The position numbers and the translations under genes are program-made. A DNA stretch of 64,000 nucleotides from Octopus sinensis (Eukaryota): positions 3,472,001-3,536,000 of the forward strand of contig NC_043023.1 of the NCBI RefSeq assembly GCF_006345805.1, written 5' to 3'. This document shows positions 1 through 12,769 of this stretch, piece by piece. The number at the start of each line of letters is the position of its first letter. Position 1 is the first letter of the stretch. The notes under the pieces are model-generated. The model was not told where the DNA came from. It did not search any database and saw only the letters and a program-made list of their open reading frames with translations.

Positions 1-213
1 TGTATAATGAAGACCTTCACCTGCAACGATAACTTAATGTCAAAGCAAGGAGAGAGTAACACACATATAACTGGAGATATTTGTTTAGGTATGCAATATT
101 ATGAAATGTCGGTGACGATAAAAAATTGTTGTTATAATTGTGTGTTGAAGGATGTGAAAGAAGGACAATGCATAAAGTTTTAAGAAAGTATTTATTTACC
201 GTTACGTTACAGT

Positions 214-604
214 ACCATGCTCGACCTTTATTCTCTAGAAAAACGCCGCCGCCGTGGTGATCTCATTCTTGCTCACAACATCATAAGCGGAAAGTTTAAC
301 CTCTTGAAAGAGCTGTTCTTCACTCCTGCTCCAGAGCGTCGGCTGCGGGGTCACTCCGAAAAGCTCTATCTGCGATGATTTCATCTCAATCGAAGGAGAG
401 GGGCTTTCTCCGTCCGGGTTGCGGATCCGTGGAATAAGCTGCCGGACGAGATAGTGAAGATGCCGACAACCGTTCGGTTCAAAGACTCTCTTGACCAGAA
501 ATGGCCTGAACTCTTTGCATGAACACCCTCCCTGTACATAACTCCATGTCCCCCTACATGGCCTTGCTTTTTGGTTTTTGAGCCAAAAAATTAACTTAAC
601 TTAA
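214..604 (+). mobile_element. CR1-group LINE 3' end
   Basis: Translates LYSLEKRRRRGDLI...RGHSEKL..(stop)..RRGAFSVRVADPWNKLPDEIV...FKDSLD, followed by a (TTAAC)n tail. Confidence 0.85.
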
Positions 605-1195
605 TCCAAAAGCATGCGAAAGTTTGTGTTTGTGTCCTCTTCATTGCTTAGTAGTAGTAATTCGCCGATAGCGATAGAATGATGTGTAAGAGAACAGAAT
701 TAGAGTTAGAGAGAATTGTAGGGTATTGTCTCACGACTGCTGACAGGAGTTTCATTTCTATCGTTGACCATTAAATTTAGTAGAGGTATTCCTTGTGATC
801 ATGATTCTAGCAGTCCTCTCCTTAACTAATTGAGTCATCACGTGCTGCCTCGTTCAGTTGTTGACAAGTGACTAACTGATTTTTGCTTGGGGGTTCTTGC
901 TTTTATAGCTATCCAGAAGGATAGACATATTATCGAGAACAATAGATTTAGTTGGTGGTATTGTTATCTATTCTAGCTTTTGGTGAAGTAGAAGAGGTTA
1001 GAAAGGGTCAAGTGGTGAAGATATTATTTTGGCCTAGCTAAAGGTAATCTGGAAAATGTAAAACTGCAGTCAGAGAAAAACCATTGTTCCATCATGGAAG
1101 AAGTTCTGTTGCAGCGTTAATTTAAATTTGGCTATGGTGGATCGAATCCACTTCATGCATGCAAGATTCACTACACTCATACACATATCTTTTAT

Positions 1196-1400
1196 TTTAT
1201 TTTCTTTTCTTTTACTTGTTTCAGTCATTTGACTGTGGCCATGCTGGAGCACCGCCTTTAGTCGAGCAAATCAACCCTGGGACTTATTCTTTGTAAGCCC
1301 AGTACTTAGTCTATCGGTCTCTTTTTGCCGCACCGCTAAGTGACAGGGACGTAAACACACTAGCATCGGTTGTCAAGCAATGCTAGGGGAACAAACACAG

Positions 1401-1457
<57 letters not shown>

Positions 1458-1623
1458 TACGACAGGCTTCTTTCAGTTTCCGTTTACCAAATCCACTCAC
1501 AAGGCATTGGTCGGCCCGGGGCTATAGCAGAAGACACTTGCCCAAGATGCCACGCAGTGGGACTGAACCTGGAACCATGTGGTTGGTAAGCAAGCTACTT
1601 ACCACACAGCCACTCCTGCGCCT
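1196..1623 (-). mobile_element. Most abundant tRNA-derived SINE family (representative copy; more than 20 full or partial copies, e.g. 3415-3770, 5198-5561, 8940-9300, 10475-10840, 22525-22855, 23890-24268, 33888-34276, 39988-40375, 46820-47185, 59775-60135)
   Basis: Head ggcgcaggagtggctgtgtggtaag (A-box) ... ggttccgggttcagtccc (B-box), conserved body, internal (TA)n/(CA)n tract and (aaaagagt)n tail. This family explains many of the repeated short ORFs. Confidence 0.85.
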
Positions 1624-2009
1624 GTGCATGTATGGGACGAGTTTCTTTCAGTTTCCGTCCACCAGATCTGCTCCCAAGGCTTTGGCTGGCCTAGATTACA
1701 GTCGTTCTATCCCCTTGCTTTCCCTTTCAAGTCCTATAAGACATAATTTTCTGTCAGCATTACTTCTAGGCATGTCTTGTCTCAAAGCTTTCTCATAGCC
1801 GTAAGGCCTTTTTTCTATTGGGTTGTCCGGAAAGTTTGTGCCGATTTATAGTAGCTTACCTTTCGACTTATTTTAGAACATGGTTGAGTCCATAAAATAG
1901 GATTTGACTAACCTCCTTTAGAGCACAGTTTAAGCTATCTTTTCGTGGAAGAAGGTTTATGTCCTATAACCTGTGTTAATTCTGTAACCTTTAAAATTGA
2001 AGATAAGAA

Positions 2010-2109
2010 NNNNNNNNNNNNNNNNNNNNNNNNNNNNNNNNNNNNNNNNNNNNNNNNNNNNNNNNNNNNNNNNNNNNNNNNNNNNNNNNNNNNNNNNNNN
2101 NNNNNNNNN
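2010..2109. other. Assembly gap (100 N)
   Basis: Run of N. Confidence 1.
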
Positions 2110-2440
2110 TGTATATATATGTATATATATATGTATGTATATATATATATGTATGTATATATATATATATGCATGTATATATATATGTATATGTATATAT
2201 ATGCATAGGTATGTATGTATATATATATAATTGCAGCGTGGATGGTGTTAGTAAGCCATTTAAGAAACACACAAAAGCCGTTCAATTCACTTCAACATTT
2301 AAGTTTCGAACACCTTTTGTGTGTTTCTTAAATGGCTTATAAACACCTTCCATGCTGCAATTGTTTTCGTTTCAGCACACGATCTCAGATCAAATCGCTT
2401 GCTATGCGAGTACATCTCCGTAATATATATATATGACTCT

Positions 2441-2860
2441 ATTCCTTAGAGCGTGGGCGAGAAAGATATGCCATAATATACATCTGGAAGATCCTAGAAG
2501 GACTTGTCCCAAACTTTGGCATCGAGAGTTACACAAATGCTGGAACTGGGCGCCACTGCATAGTGCCAAGGACTCCAAATTTGCCATCAAGATGTAGGAC
2601 AAGATACTGTGATAGCCTGGGCTTCCGAGGCCCACAGCTCTTCAATATCTTCTCAAAGAACCTGCATGGGTGGATGCAGATGTCTTTAAAATAAAACTGG
2701 ATCTCTTCCTGTCAGGTGTCCCAGATGAAGCAACTTCACGGCAGGAGGTGCAGATGAGGGCAGCTGCATCGAACTCTCTCATGCACCAAATGGCAATTGC
2801 TAAAAAGCATTCGTGAAGTAAAATCATGTAGCAACACCAAATGGCGGTGCCCCAGCATTT
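2441..2860 (+). mobile_element. CR1/L2-group LINE 3' end fragment
   Basis: SLERGRERYAIIYIWKILEGLVPNFG...SLGFRGPQLFN...VFKIKLDLFLSGVPDE. Confidence 0.8.
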
Positions 2861-3834
2861 ATATGTGTGTGTGTGTGTGAACAAGCTGCCTTTACATAGT
2901 AACCAAATCACCTTCGAATATTTATAGAACCAATAATTAAAAATAAGTTTAAATATCTTAATTTTCTAGTAATTCTTGTAGCTGCCTACGTGGCTCAGTA
3001 GTTAAAGGTGTTGAGAAGTAATAATGTAATATAACAGGTAGTTTCAAATCTGCCACGAATTCTATTTTTTTATCTCTAGACATTAAAAAAGAAAAATTAA
3101 AAGTTAATGCAGATTCTGGGTGGGATTGAACCCATGATTTTCAATGTGGTTGGTTGCATATGGCTCTTACCCACAGGACCACCAAGACACTCAACAAAAA
3201 CTTAGTGAATTATCGAGTATTTAAATCTATATCAACCAAAAATCAAAAATTCTAATTCTTCTCAGAAATAGGTTTACTATATATATGGAAAAACCTAAAA
3301 CACTGCTGTGATGTGTGAATCTGAGAAAGGAATTTGTTGGAGAGAATCGTAATTGATTCCCTTGTATTTTCTTTTACCCCAAATCAAGAACTTTTCAGCA
3401 CACCCTCGTATTTGTTTACTCTTTTACTTGTTTCAATCATTTGACTGTGGCCATGCTGGAGCACCACCTTTAATCGAGCAACTCAACCCCAGGACTTATT
3501 CTTTTATCGGTCTCTTTTGCCGAACCGCTAAGTGACAGGGACGTAAACACACCAGCATTGGTTGTCAAGCAATGCTAGGGGGACAAACACAGACACACAA
3601 ACATATATATATACGATGGGCTTCTTTCAGCTTCTGACTACCAAATCCACTCACAAGGCTTTGGTCGGCCCGAGTCTATAGTAGGAGAAACTTGCACAAG
3701 ATGCCACGCAGTGGGACTGAACCCGGAACCATGTGGTTGGTTAGCAAGCTACTTACCACACAGCCACTCCGTTCGTATATATTTTAAAAATTTTATCTAG
3801 TTTCAGCTCACAAGCTGTGGCCATGTTGGGGCAC

Positions 3835-4255
3835 CGCCATTTGGTGTTGCTACATGATTTTACGTCACGAATGCATTTTAGCAATTGCCATTTGGTGCAT
3901 GAGAGAGTTCGATGCAGCTGCCCTCATCTGCACCTCCTGCCGTTAAGTTGCTTCATCTGGGACACCTGACAGGAAGAGATCCAGTTTTATTTTAAAGACA
4001 TCTGCATCCACCCCATGCAGATTTCTCAGATCCTTCGGGAGGATATTGAAGAGCTGTGGGCCTCGGAAGCCCAGGCTATCACAGTATCTTGCCCTACATC
4101 TTGATGACAAATTTGGAGTCTTTGGCACTATGCAGTGGCGCCCAGTTCTGGCATTTGTGTAACTCTCAATGCCAAAGTTTGGGACAAGTCCTTCTAGGAT
4201 CTTCCAGATGTATATTATGGCATATCTTTCTCGCCTACGCTCTAAGGAATAGTCT
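3835..4255 (-). mobile_element. Same LINE family, inverted copy
   Basis: Reverse complement of 2441-2860 (ORF 3943..4128 translates the same C-terminus). Confidence 0.8.
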
Positions 4256-5877
4256 TTCCCAGTAGCTTATATGCTGTATAACAGCATATATGACTGTTTA
4301 TATTAACTTTTTGTATACGCATTAGCATTTCGCTAAATAATCCATAAATTTTTATGGTATATATATATGGCTACATGTTAAGTAGCCTGCTTACCTACCA
4401 CATGATTCTGGGTTCAGTCCCATTGCTTGGCACATTGGGCAAGTGTCTTCTACCATTGCCTCAGGCTGACCAAAGCCTTGTGAGTGGATTTGGTAGATGG
4501 AAACTGAAAGAAGCCCATCGTATATATGTATGTGTGCCTGTGTTTGTCCCCACATCGCTTGACAACTGATGGTAGTGTGTTTACGCCCCCGTAACTTAGC
4601 GGTTTGACTAAAGAGACCGATAGAATAAATACTAGGCTTCAAAGAATAAGTCCTGGGGTCGATTTGCTCAACTAAAGGCAGTGCTCCAGCATGGCCACAG
4701 TCAAATGACTAAAACAAGTAAAAGATAAAAGAATAAATAAATATATATATACATATTTCCTTACTACCCACAAGGGACAAACAGATGAAGTTGATTACAT
4801 CGACCCTAGTGCGAAACTGGTACTTTATTTAACGACCCCGAAAGGATGAAAAGCAAAGTCAACCCCGGCAGAATTTGAACTCAGAATGTAAAGGCATATG
4901 AAATACCGCTAAGCATTTCGACTGGTGCACTAACATGTCTGCCAGCTCGCCGCCCACAGGCAAAGTCGACCCCGGCAGGATTTGAACTCAGAACGTGACT
5001 GTAGGCGAAATACAGCTTTGGGTGTCGTCTGGCATGCTACTGTTTCTGCCAGCTCACCACCTTATGGTAAATACATATGCTGGCAAATGGAATTTGTGGC
5101 CTGTACGCCATCACCAACAAGGCCTACTTTTACCTACACTGTAGTCAAAGTCTGGTTGAACCCCAAGAAGATCAGGGGGTGATTTTTTCTCAGTATATAC
5201 TCTTTTACTTGTTTCAGTCAGTTGACTGCGACCATGCTGGAGCACCGCCTTTGGTCGAGCAACTCGACCCCGGGACTTATTCTATCGGTATCTTTTTGCC
5301 GAACCGCTAAGTGACGGGGACATAAACACACCAGCATCGGTTGTCAAGCAATGCTAGGGGGACAGACACACACACACATATATATATACATATATACGAC
5401 AGGCTTCTTTCAGTTTCCGTTTACCAAATCCACTCACAAGGCTTTGGTCGGCCCGAGGCTATAGTAGAAGACACTTGCCCAAGGTGCCACACAGTGGGAC
5501 TGAACCCGGAACCATGTGGTTGGTAGACAAGCTACTTACCCCACAGCCACTCCTGCGCCTATGTCAGTATATGTATATATTTGTGCTCCTCTTACAGCAT
5601 TGAGTACTTTTAACTCTTATTTCTAGCAATGTAAAATACTGAATTCAGAGCTCACTACAGTTAGCTGCCTTTGACTCAATTGCATGTATTTTGTTTGTCT
5701 ATTCCTACATTTCGTCACCCGGACCCAACATATTTTGTCTGTCCTCGTATCGCCCCCCCCCTTTTTCTCAACCTCAGATGTCTCGCAAACAACTTGCACA
5801 TGCAAATGCTACCAGTCAAAAGCTCCGTATACCGGAAGACAGCAAGTGTATGGGGTCATCAGGAGAGAATCCACGCC

Positions 5878-6442
5878 GTTTCGGGGCCTACCTCTCGACA
5901 GCATCAATGCGCACCGGCCCTCCCTCACTGATATGAGGCCCTGCTTGCTAGATCAGCTGGTTATGAAGTTAAACTCAATATCCTTCTAGCCATCGCCTCT
6001 TTTTAACCAAATCCAGTGGCTAGTCTTCTCCATTTCAGGGCCTACCTCTCAACGGCATCAATGCACACCGGCCCCCCTCACTAGATCAGCTGGTTATGAC
6101 ATTAAACTCAATATCCTTCTAGCCATCGCCTCTTTTTAACCAAATCCAGTGGCTAGCCTTCTCCATTTCGGGGCCTACCTCTCAACGGCATCAATGCACA
6201 CCGGCCCCCCTCACTAGATCAGCAGGTTATGAAGTTAAACTCAATATCCTTCTAGCTATCGCCTCTTTTTAACCAAATCCAGTGGCTAGCCATCTTCATT
6301 TCGGGGCCCACCTCTCAACGGCATCAATGCACACCGGACCCCCTCACCGATATGAGGCCCCGCTTGCTAGATCACCTGGTTATGAAGTTAAACTCAATAT
6401 CCTTCTAGCCATCGCTCGTCTCTTTTTAACCAAATCCAGTTA
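5878..6442. repeat. Tandem repeat of about four 133-153 bp units
   Basis: The unit atttcggggcctacctctcaacggcatcaatgc...tttaaccaaatccagt recurs at ~5878, 6031, 6165 and 6297. Confidence 0.9.
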
Positions 6443-6849
6443 AATAAAGACTGATTGTTGTTTGACTCTTTCCTAGAAACTTCAGAGCAAAGCCTTTAAA
6501 TGTCATCTGTTGTACTATTCTTTGTCTATAGCGTAACCGACAGGAACACACACTAAGTGTTTTATTATATAAAATATATTACATATAATATTATACACTA
6601 CATGCACACATGTTGACAAGAAGAATACAGGCTTTAACCTTTTATTTCATTCATTTGACAGTGGCCATGCTGGAGCATGAAGGGTTTTAGTTAAACAAAT
6701 CGACTCCAGGATTTTTTCTTTGGAAGCCTAGAACTTATTCTATTGGACTCTTTTGTTGAACCGCTAAGTTACAGGGGTATAAACACTAACATTTTATATT
6801 TTTGATTTCACACATGCACAATGTTTCCTTTTGATTTTGTCAACCACAC

Positions 6850-7490
6850 AGCGTAGTAGGGTCAGTTGGGCACTGTCTGTGAGAAAAACAGCACCATGAT
6901 GCAATTCTCTCTGCCAGAAATTTGGAAACAACATGCTGTACTGCTTAGCATTCATGCTAGAAGCTCCAATACGAACATTTCGGTCTCATTATGGTGTTTG
7001 GAGTGACCACTAGTAATGGTGACATTATGCCTCCATTCATCTCACGCAGGTCTACATGAAGTAGTGTTGCTTGGGTCAAGAGGATGGCTGCTGGAAGACC
7101 CTATGTTTGGCAACAGGACTCTGCACCATGCAACACAAGGAGAACCCAGTCATGGCTGTCAGACAATTTCTGCAACCACACCACCCCTAACTCCTCAAAC
7201 TGCAGCTCCCTTGCTTATTATGTGTGGGGCACAGTTGGGTGAGAGACCAACAAAACCCCATGACACCAAAGAGGAACTGAAGGTAAGGATTATGGCAGCA
7301 TTTACCAACTTAAACAAGGAAACCATCCAGAAGATTTGCAGGAAGTCTGAAGGCCATGGTTGTGGAAGCCATAGGCAATTTTATTAAATTTACTCTTTAG
7401 TATTTCAAGATATTTTTATATAATTTTGGAAAATATATCTAAAATGAGATGTCAGTGCCTTATTTAGACAGTTTATTCACTGCACCCTGT
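6850..7490 (+). mobile_element. Degenerate Tc1/mariner transposase 3' part with right TIR
   Basis: PHDTKEELKVRIMAAFTNLNKETIQKIC resembles the Tc1/mariner C-terminus. Ends in ...cactgcaccctg-TA. Confidence 0.7.
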
Positions 7491-7820
7491 ATATTATATA
7501 CATTTTTTATAATATACACATTTTATATATATTTACACAAACACACATAAGGAAGAAAGAAGAGGCTTAGTGACCACCACTACCTGCAAGCTAGAAGCCA
7601 ACTTCCAAACTTCACCACCACTACACTATAAAGTCAAGTCAGCTTGGCCTTGGACAGAGGCTTGACCACAGTACACAGTCAAGGACAGAGATCTTTTCAA
7701 AAACTCCAAGACGATATACAGAAACGAGTACGAATATGGACACTGCAAGCAGTGTTGTTCTTGAAATATAAAATGAAATGAAAATCAACAACACAAACCA
7801 TGTGCATACAATAGAACAGT

Positions 7821-7826
7821 TTTATT
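7821..7826 (-). terminator. rps13 polyadenylation signal AATAAA
   Basis: AATAAA on the minus strand about 30 nt after the stop codon. Confidence 0.85.
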
Positions 7827-7857
7827 CCAAACTAAATACAGGTGTAAATAGTACTTC

Positions 7858-7891
7858 TTATGCCACCAGTGCAGAAGCTGTGGAAGATTCA
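7858..7891 (-). CDS. rps13: rps13 exon 6, coding part (ESSTASALVA-stop)
   Basis: cttttccag|TGAATCTTCCACAGCTTCTGCACTGGTGGCATAA. 34 nt. Exon sum 23+49+79+170+101+34 = 456 nt = 151 aa plus stop. Confidence 0.97.
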
Positions 7892-9674
7892 CTGGAAAAG
7901 AAGAAAAGAAAAAATGTTTAAGCCAAGGTTGATGTTGGGGAGAATATACAAATAAAGTGTTAGGCAAGTATAAAATACAGACATTAGTAAAGACCGGCCG
8001 AGAAGAATACAGGCTTTAATCTTTTATTTCAGTCATTTGACAGTGGCCATGCTGGAGCACGAAGGGTTTTAGTTAAACAAATCGACCCCGGGATTTTTTT
8101 CTTTGGAAGCCTAGAACTTGTTCTATTGGAGTCTTTTGTTGAACCGCTAAGTTACAGGGGTATAAACACTAACACTGGTTTTCAAGCAGTAATAGGGGAC
8201 AAACACACATACATATATACAACAAGCTTTCTTTCGGCTTCTGTCAACCAAATCCACTCACAAGGCTTTGGTCAACTTGAGGCTATAGTAGAAGACACTT
8301 GCCCAAGTGGGGTTGAACCTGGAACCATGTGGTTGGGAAGTAAAAATGATTACCACACAGCCACACCTGCACTTTTATACACGATACCCAAACACATTAA
8401 AAAAATAACCTCCAAAAGAAATGCACAACAAAAGTTGATGAAGGCACCTCAGCTTCTATGCCTACATCATTTAACGTCTGCTTTCCATGCTAGCATGGGT
8501 TGGACGATTTGACTGAGGACTGGCGAACCAGATGGCTGCACCAGGCTCCAATCTGATCTGGCAGAGTTTCTACAGCTGGATGCCCTTCCTAATGCCAACC
8601 ACTCTGAGAGTGTAATGAGTGTCTATTTACATGCCACCAGCACAAGGGACAATCTAGCGGTACTGGCAACGGCTACATGTTTATATATACACATTTCTAT
8701 GTAACAATTTGATGTGCCTAACTGCATGAACATACCAGAACCAGAGTATGATTTAAACCATTGCACAGTGCATGCGATACTATAACTCTGTATTTTATTC
8801 ACATACGCTATAGGTGAAAGCTAGATATGGTCAATGTGAGGTTGCTCAAATAATTTGAACTCTTCATCCAGAACTAGGTCTGTGGCATCAAGAGTAGCTG
8901 TAAAAGACATCTAAAGCAGACTGATCAGAAATAATATATACTCTTTTACTTGTTTCAGTCATTTGACTGCGACCATGCTGGAGTACCGCCTTTAGTCGAG
9001 CAAATCGACCCCAGAACTTATTCTATCGGTCTCTTCTGCCGAACCGCTAAGTGACGGGGACGCAAACACACCAGCATTGGTTGTCAAGCAATGCTAGGGG
9101 GACAAACACAAACATATATATATATATATATATATACGACAGGCTTCTTTCAGTTTCCGTCTACCAAATCCACTCACAAGGCCTTGGTCGGCCCGCGGCT
9201 ATAGTAGAAGACACTTGCCCAAGATGCCACGCAGAGGGACTGAACCTGGAACCATATGGCTGGTAAGCAAGCTACTTACCACACAGCCACTCCTGCGCCT
9301 ATATATATCGACATACATTCTGAATATTTGTAGATACATGTTCTATCCGGGTCTATGTAAGCCAAGCCTAATTATGTTTATTGGTGTCACAGCCTCTATA
9401 TATTATATATTTATAATAGCAAAGGGTAAAATTAATTAATTAACTACTAATCAATAATTTCACCAAGTAGAATTCGGCATGAAAAAGGGCCAATTTTCAG
9501 TAAACGTAAGTAATATTTTATAATTAGGGTTCAGCAAAGATTTGCTTTACCACATACCGAAGTTTAGAAATAGCAGCTAGAGAACCTTAGGAAATAGCTA
9601 AGGTTCTCTGGCTGTTATTTCTAAACTTCAGTATGTGGTAAAGCAAATCTTTGCTGAACCCTAATTATAAAATA

Positions 9675-10029
9675 CTAGCAGTATCGCCCGGCGTTGCTTG
9701 GGTTTGTAAGGGAAATAACTATATAAGCATTTTTAGAGAGTTATAGCCAAAAAATGGGGAAAAAATTATGGTAATTTTTTTTTTTAGTTAAAAAGGTCGA
9801 GTTGCGTCCCCTAGACAGTCTGTGGTTTGTGTTTCTGATTCTCGACCCCATGTCGAATTTATCGATTTCTTTCAGAACTGAGGGAACTTTTCAAAATTTT
9901 CGCTGCGTTAGTTTTGAATTATGACATTGGGCTATGTGTGTGTCAAGTTTCATCAGAATCGGTTGAAAGCCGTGGTCAGGGTGAGGGTACAACCTGACAG
10001 ACAAACTGCCGTTTATATAGAGAGAGAGA
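9675..10029 (-). mobile_element. Non-autonomous Helitron-like element
   Basis: Minus strand starts A|TCTCTC... and ends with a GC-rich hairpin (cccaagcaacgccgggcg) then CTAG|T. Confidence 0.65.
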
Positions 10030-10063
10030 TATATAACCACTTCTAACATCCATACACACAGCC

Positions 10064-10142
10064 AGTACCTTCTCAGACATGAATTGGTCAACAAAGTTAT
10101 GTTCAGACATATGCTTGTCTATTTATCATCATTGTAGGCACC
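10064..10142 (-). ncRNA. SNORD27: Box C/D snoRNA, U27/SNORD27-like, copy A (rps13 intron 5)
   Basis: ggtgcct-ac-a-ATGATGA (C)...AGACAAGCATATGT-CTGA (D')...TTGTTGA (C')...CTGA (D)-ga-aggtact, with a terminal stem. The guide is complementary to 18S CAUAUGCUUGUCU, and the D'+5 rule gives A27 (human)/A28 (yeast). Confidence 0.9.
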
Positions 10143-11018
10143 ACCAAGTAAGACATACATCATCACTTAATGTTTGCTTTCTATGCTGGCATGGGTTGGA
10201 CAGTTTGACAGGAGCTGGCAATCCAGAGACTGCACCAAGCTTTACCGTTTTAGCATGGGGCTTACAGCTGGATGCCCATCCCAATCCCAACCACTTTATG
10301 GATCAGACTGGGTGCTTTTTACGTGGCACCAACAAACGAGAGTTCTAAAATAAAAACCTTGATTGGTCACCACCAAATAAACAGTCAAACTGACCCCACT
10401 GAATATAATGTACACTTACAACAACCACACTTGACGAAGATCCCCATATACACAAGTTGCTCAATCATACTCTCCCTTTTACTTGTTTCAGTCATTTGAC
10501 TGCGGCCATGCTGGAGCACTGCCTTTACTCGAGCAAATCGACCCCGGGACTTATTCTTTGTAAGCCCAGTACTTATTCTATCGGTCTCTTTTGCTGAACT
10601 GCTAAGTTACGGGTGCGTAAACACACCAGCATCGGTTGTCAAGCGATGTTGGGGGGACAAACAAAGACACACACACACACATACGACAGGCTTCTTTCAG
10701 TTTCCGTCTACCAAATCCACTCACATGGCTTCGGTCGGCCCGAGGCTATAGTAGAAGACACTTGCCCAAGATGTCACGCAGTGGGACTGAACCCGGAACC
10801 ATGCGGTTCGTAAGCAAGCTACTTACTACACAGCCACTGCGATCTTAGATATGATCACAAAAGGAGATAACATGCCTATAACCTTGAAGATCATCCAGTA
10901 ATCACTTAAACAGACATTCAATAGATACCATTAATTGATCCCGTATCATATTCAGAGAATACCCAACCACACAGCCAGCCCCTAACATGTATATAAAACA
11001 CCAATGGAAATGCTACCC

Positions 11019-11098
11019 AGTACCTTCTCAGATATGAATTAATCAGCAAAGCTTTATTCAGACATATGCTTGTCTATTTTATCATCATTGCAGGCACC
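11019..11098 (-). ncRNA. SNORD27: U27-like box C/D snoRNA, copy B
   Basis: Same C, D' and D boxes, identical 18S guide and intact terminal stem. Confidence 0.88.
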
Positions 11099-12690
11099 AC
11101 AGAGGAAGATGGTGTCTCAATCTCAATCTCTCTCCTGCATACATACGATATATACGTCAACACAGCCCACACAATAGCTAGACTCACCACCAAAATCTGA
11201 CTGCATTCAACTGAGAGAGTTTAAGCCAGCTCCTATTGAGATCACCATACCTATTTCTCTACTACCCACAAGGGGCTAAACACAGAGAGGACAAACAAGG
11301 ACAGACAAAGGGATTAAGTCGATTACATCGACCCCAGTGCGTAACTGGTACTTATTTAATCGACCCCAAAAGGACGAAAGGCAAAGCTGACCTCGGTGGA
11401 ATTTGAACTCAGAACATAGCAGCAAACGAAATACCTATTTCTTTACTACCCACTAGGGGCTAAACACAGAGGGGACAAACAAGGACAGACAAATGGATTA
11501 AGTCGATTACATCGACCTCAGTGCGTAACTGGTCCTTAATTTATCGACCCCGAAAGGACGATCAGCAAAGTCGACCACGGTGGAATTTGAATTCAGAACG
11601 TAACGGCAGACGAAATGTGGCTAAGCATTTCGCCTGGCGTGCTAACATTTCTCCAAGCTCACTATTGAATTCACCATGCCACGGGCTAAAGCAGTCCATG
11701 CACATCTGTCAGCAGCATGATGAAGCCATTCCAGATACCAGTGAGGAACACCAGACTTAAGCAACTGTATATGTCATGTGCAATGTCTTCAGCTGACCAC
11801 CTCTCCACCTATGCCAACCCAGGGGAGGATCTGGTGCTATTGCCTTCCTCAAACCCCAACCCATGACCTCATTGCGATGGGAAGGTTAAACGATTAAGTG
11901 CCAGAGATATGCTGCAACCCGGGTAATGGCAAAATTCAGGCACTGTTCGTTCTGGAATCTGGTGGCTTGCTAATAATGGTGATGAACCACCTCTGCAGGA
12001 ATCCTGAGACAAGGTATAACACCTGGATGACCTGCCACCAGCCGTATACAGTGGCCTAGGAATACAGGCAAGAGCTGTTTGCAGAGACTGTAATCATCCC
12101 TTGAAACTCCTATGAACTCACTCAATACACCCAGAACATCAAAATCCTCATTCTATGTCCACATCTCCACAGCACCATGGATCAAACAGAATTTGTTGAG
12201 GAGAATTCTCTATGGTTAGATACCTTTCCAGCCACCAACTTTCACCTGTCCACAAATAAATAATTCACTCACAATGGCTGGACACATTTTCCACAGAAAC
12301 CCAACAACATTGCTTGTATGGCAATGATGATGTCCATTTGTAATTATCAGATGTCATATCAAGAATACAGGAACACACAGGTGTATGCACGGTTGCTCAG
12401 AGACAGTTCAATCCCCAACCACGTGGTTCTAAGTCCACAACCCAACTGCACAGCACCTTGGGCAACTGTCTACAATAGCACTAGGTTGACCAGTACTTTG
12501 CAAGTGAATTTAGGATGTAGATATGTGGCAATGTGTGTGCGGGCCTGTGTGCTTCTCCCACCACTTGACCACCGGTGTTAGTATATTGCAGTAAAACCCT
12601 CCACGGCAGTGTCCCTAGCCTGCTGATGGTTCAACGACAGTAACAAGGCAAAAGGTTTACATATACAAATGCTGCACAGCTTTTCTATCC

Positions 12691-12769
12691 AGTACCTTCT
12701 CAGACATGAATTGGTCAGCAAAACTATATTCAGACATATGCTTGTCTATCTATCATCATTGTAGGTACC
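12691..12769 (-). ncRNA. SNORD27: U27-like box C/D snoRNA, copy C
   Basis: Same boxes and guide. Terminal stem ggtacct/aggtact. Confidence 0.88.

Noticed and set aside
1771-1790. cttgtctcaaag identical to 18S sequence near the U27 target
   Set aside because: Only 12 nt with no flanking rRNA similarity; coincidence.
1370-1798. Recurrent ORFs such as MSSNARGTNT...RQASFSFRLPNPLTR and ...FDCGHAGAPPL...
   Set aside because: Translations of the abundant SINE, repeated at many loci in varying frames.
2985-3190. Two tRNA-like segments in inverted orientation
   Set aside because: A- and B-box-like motifs are present but there is no cloverleaf. These are degenerate SINE heads, not tRNA genes.
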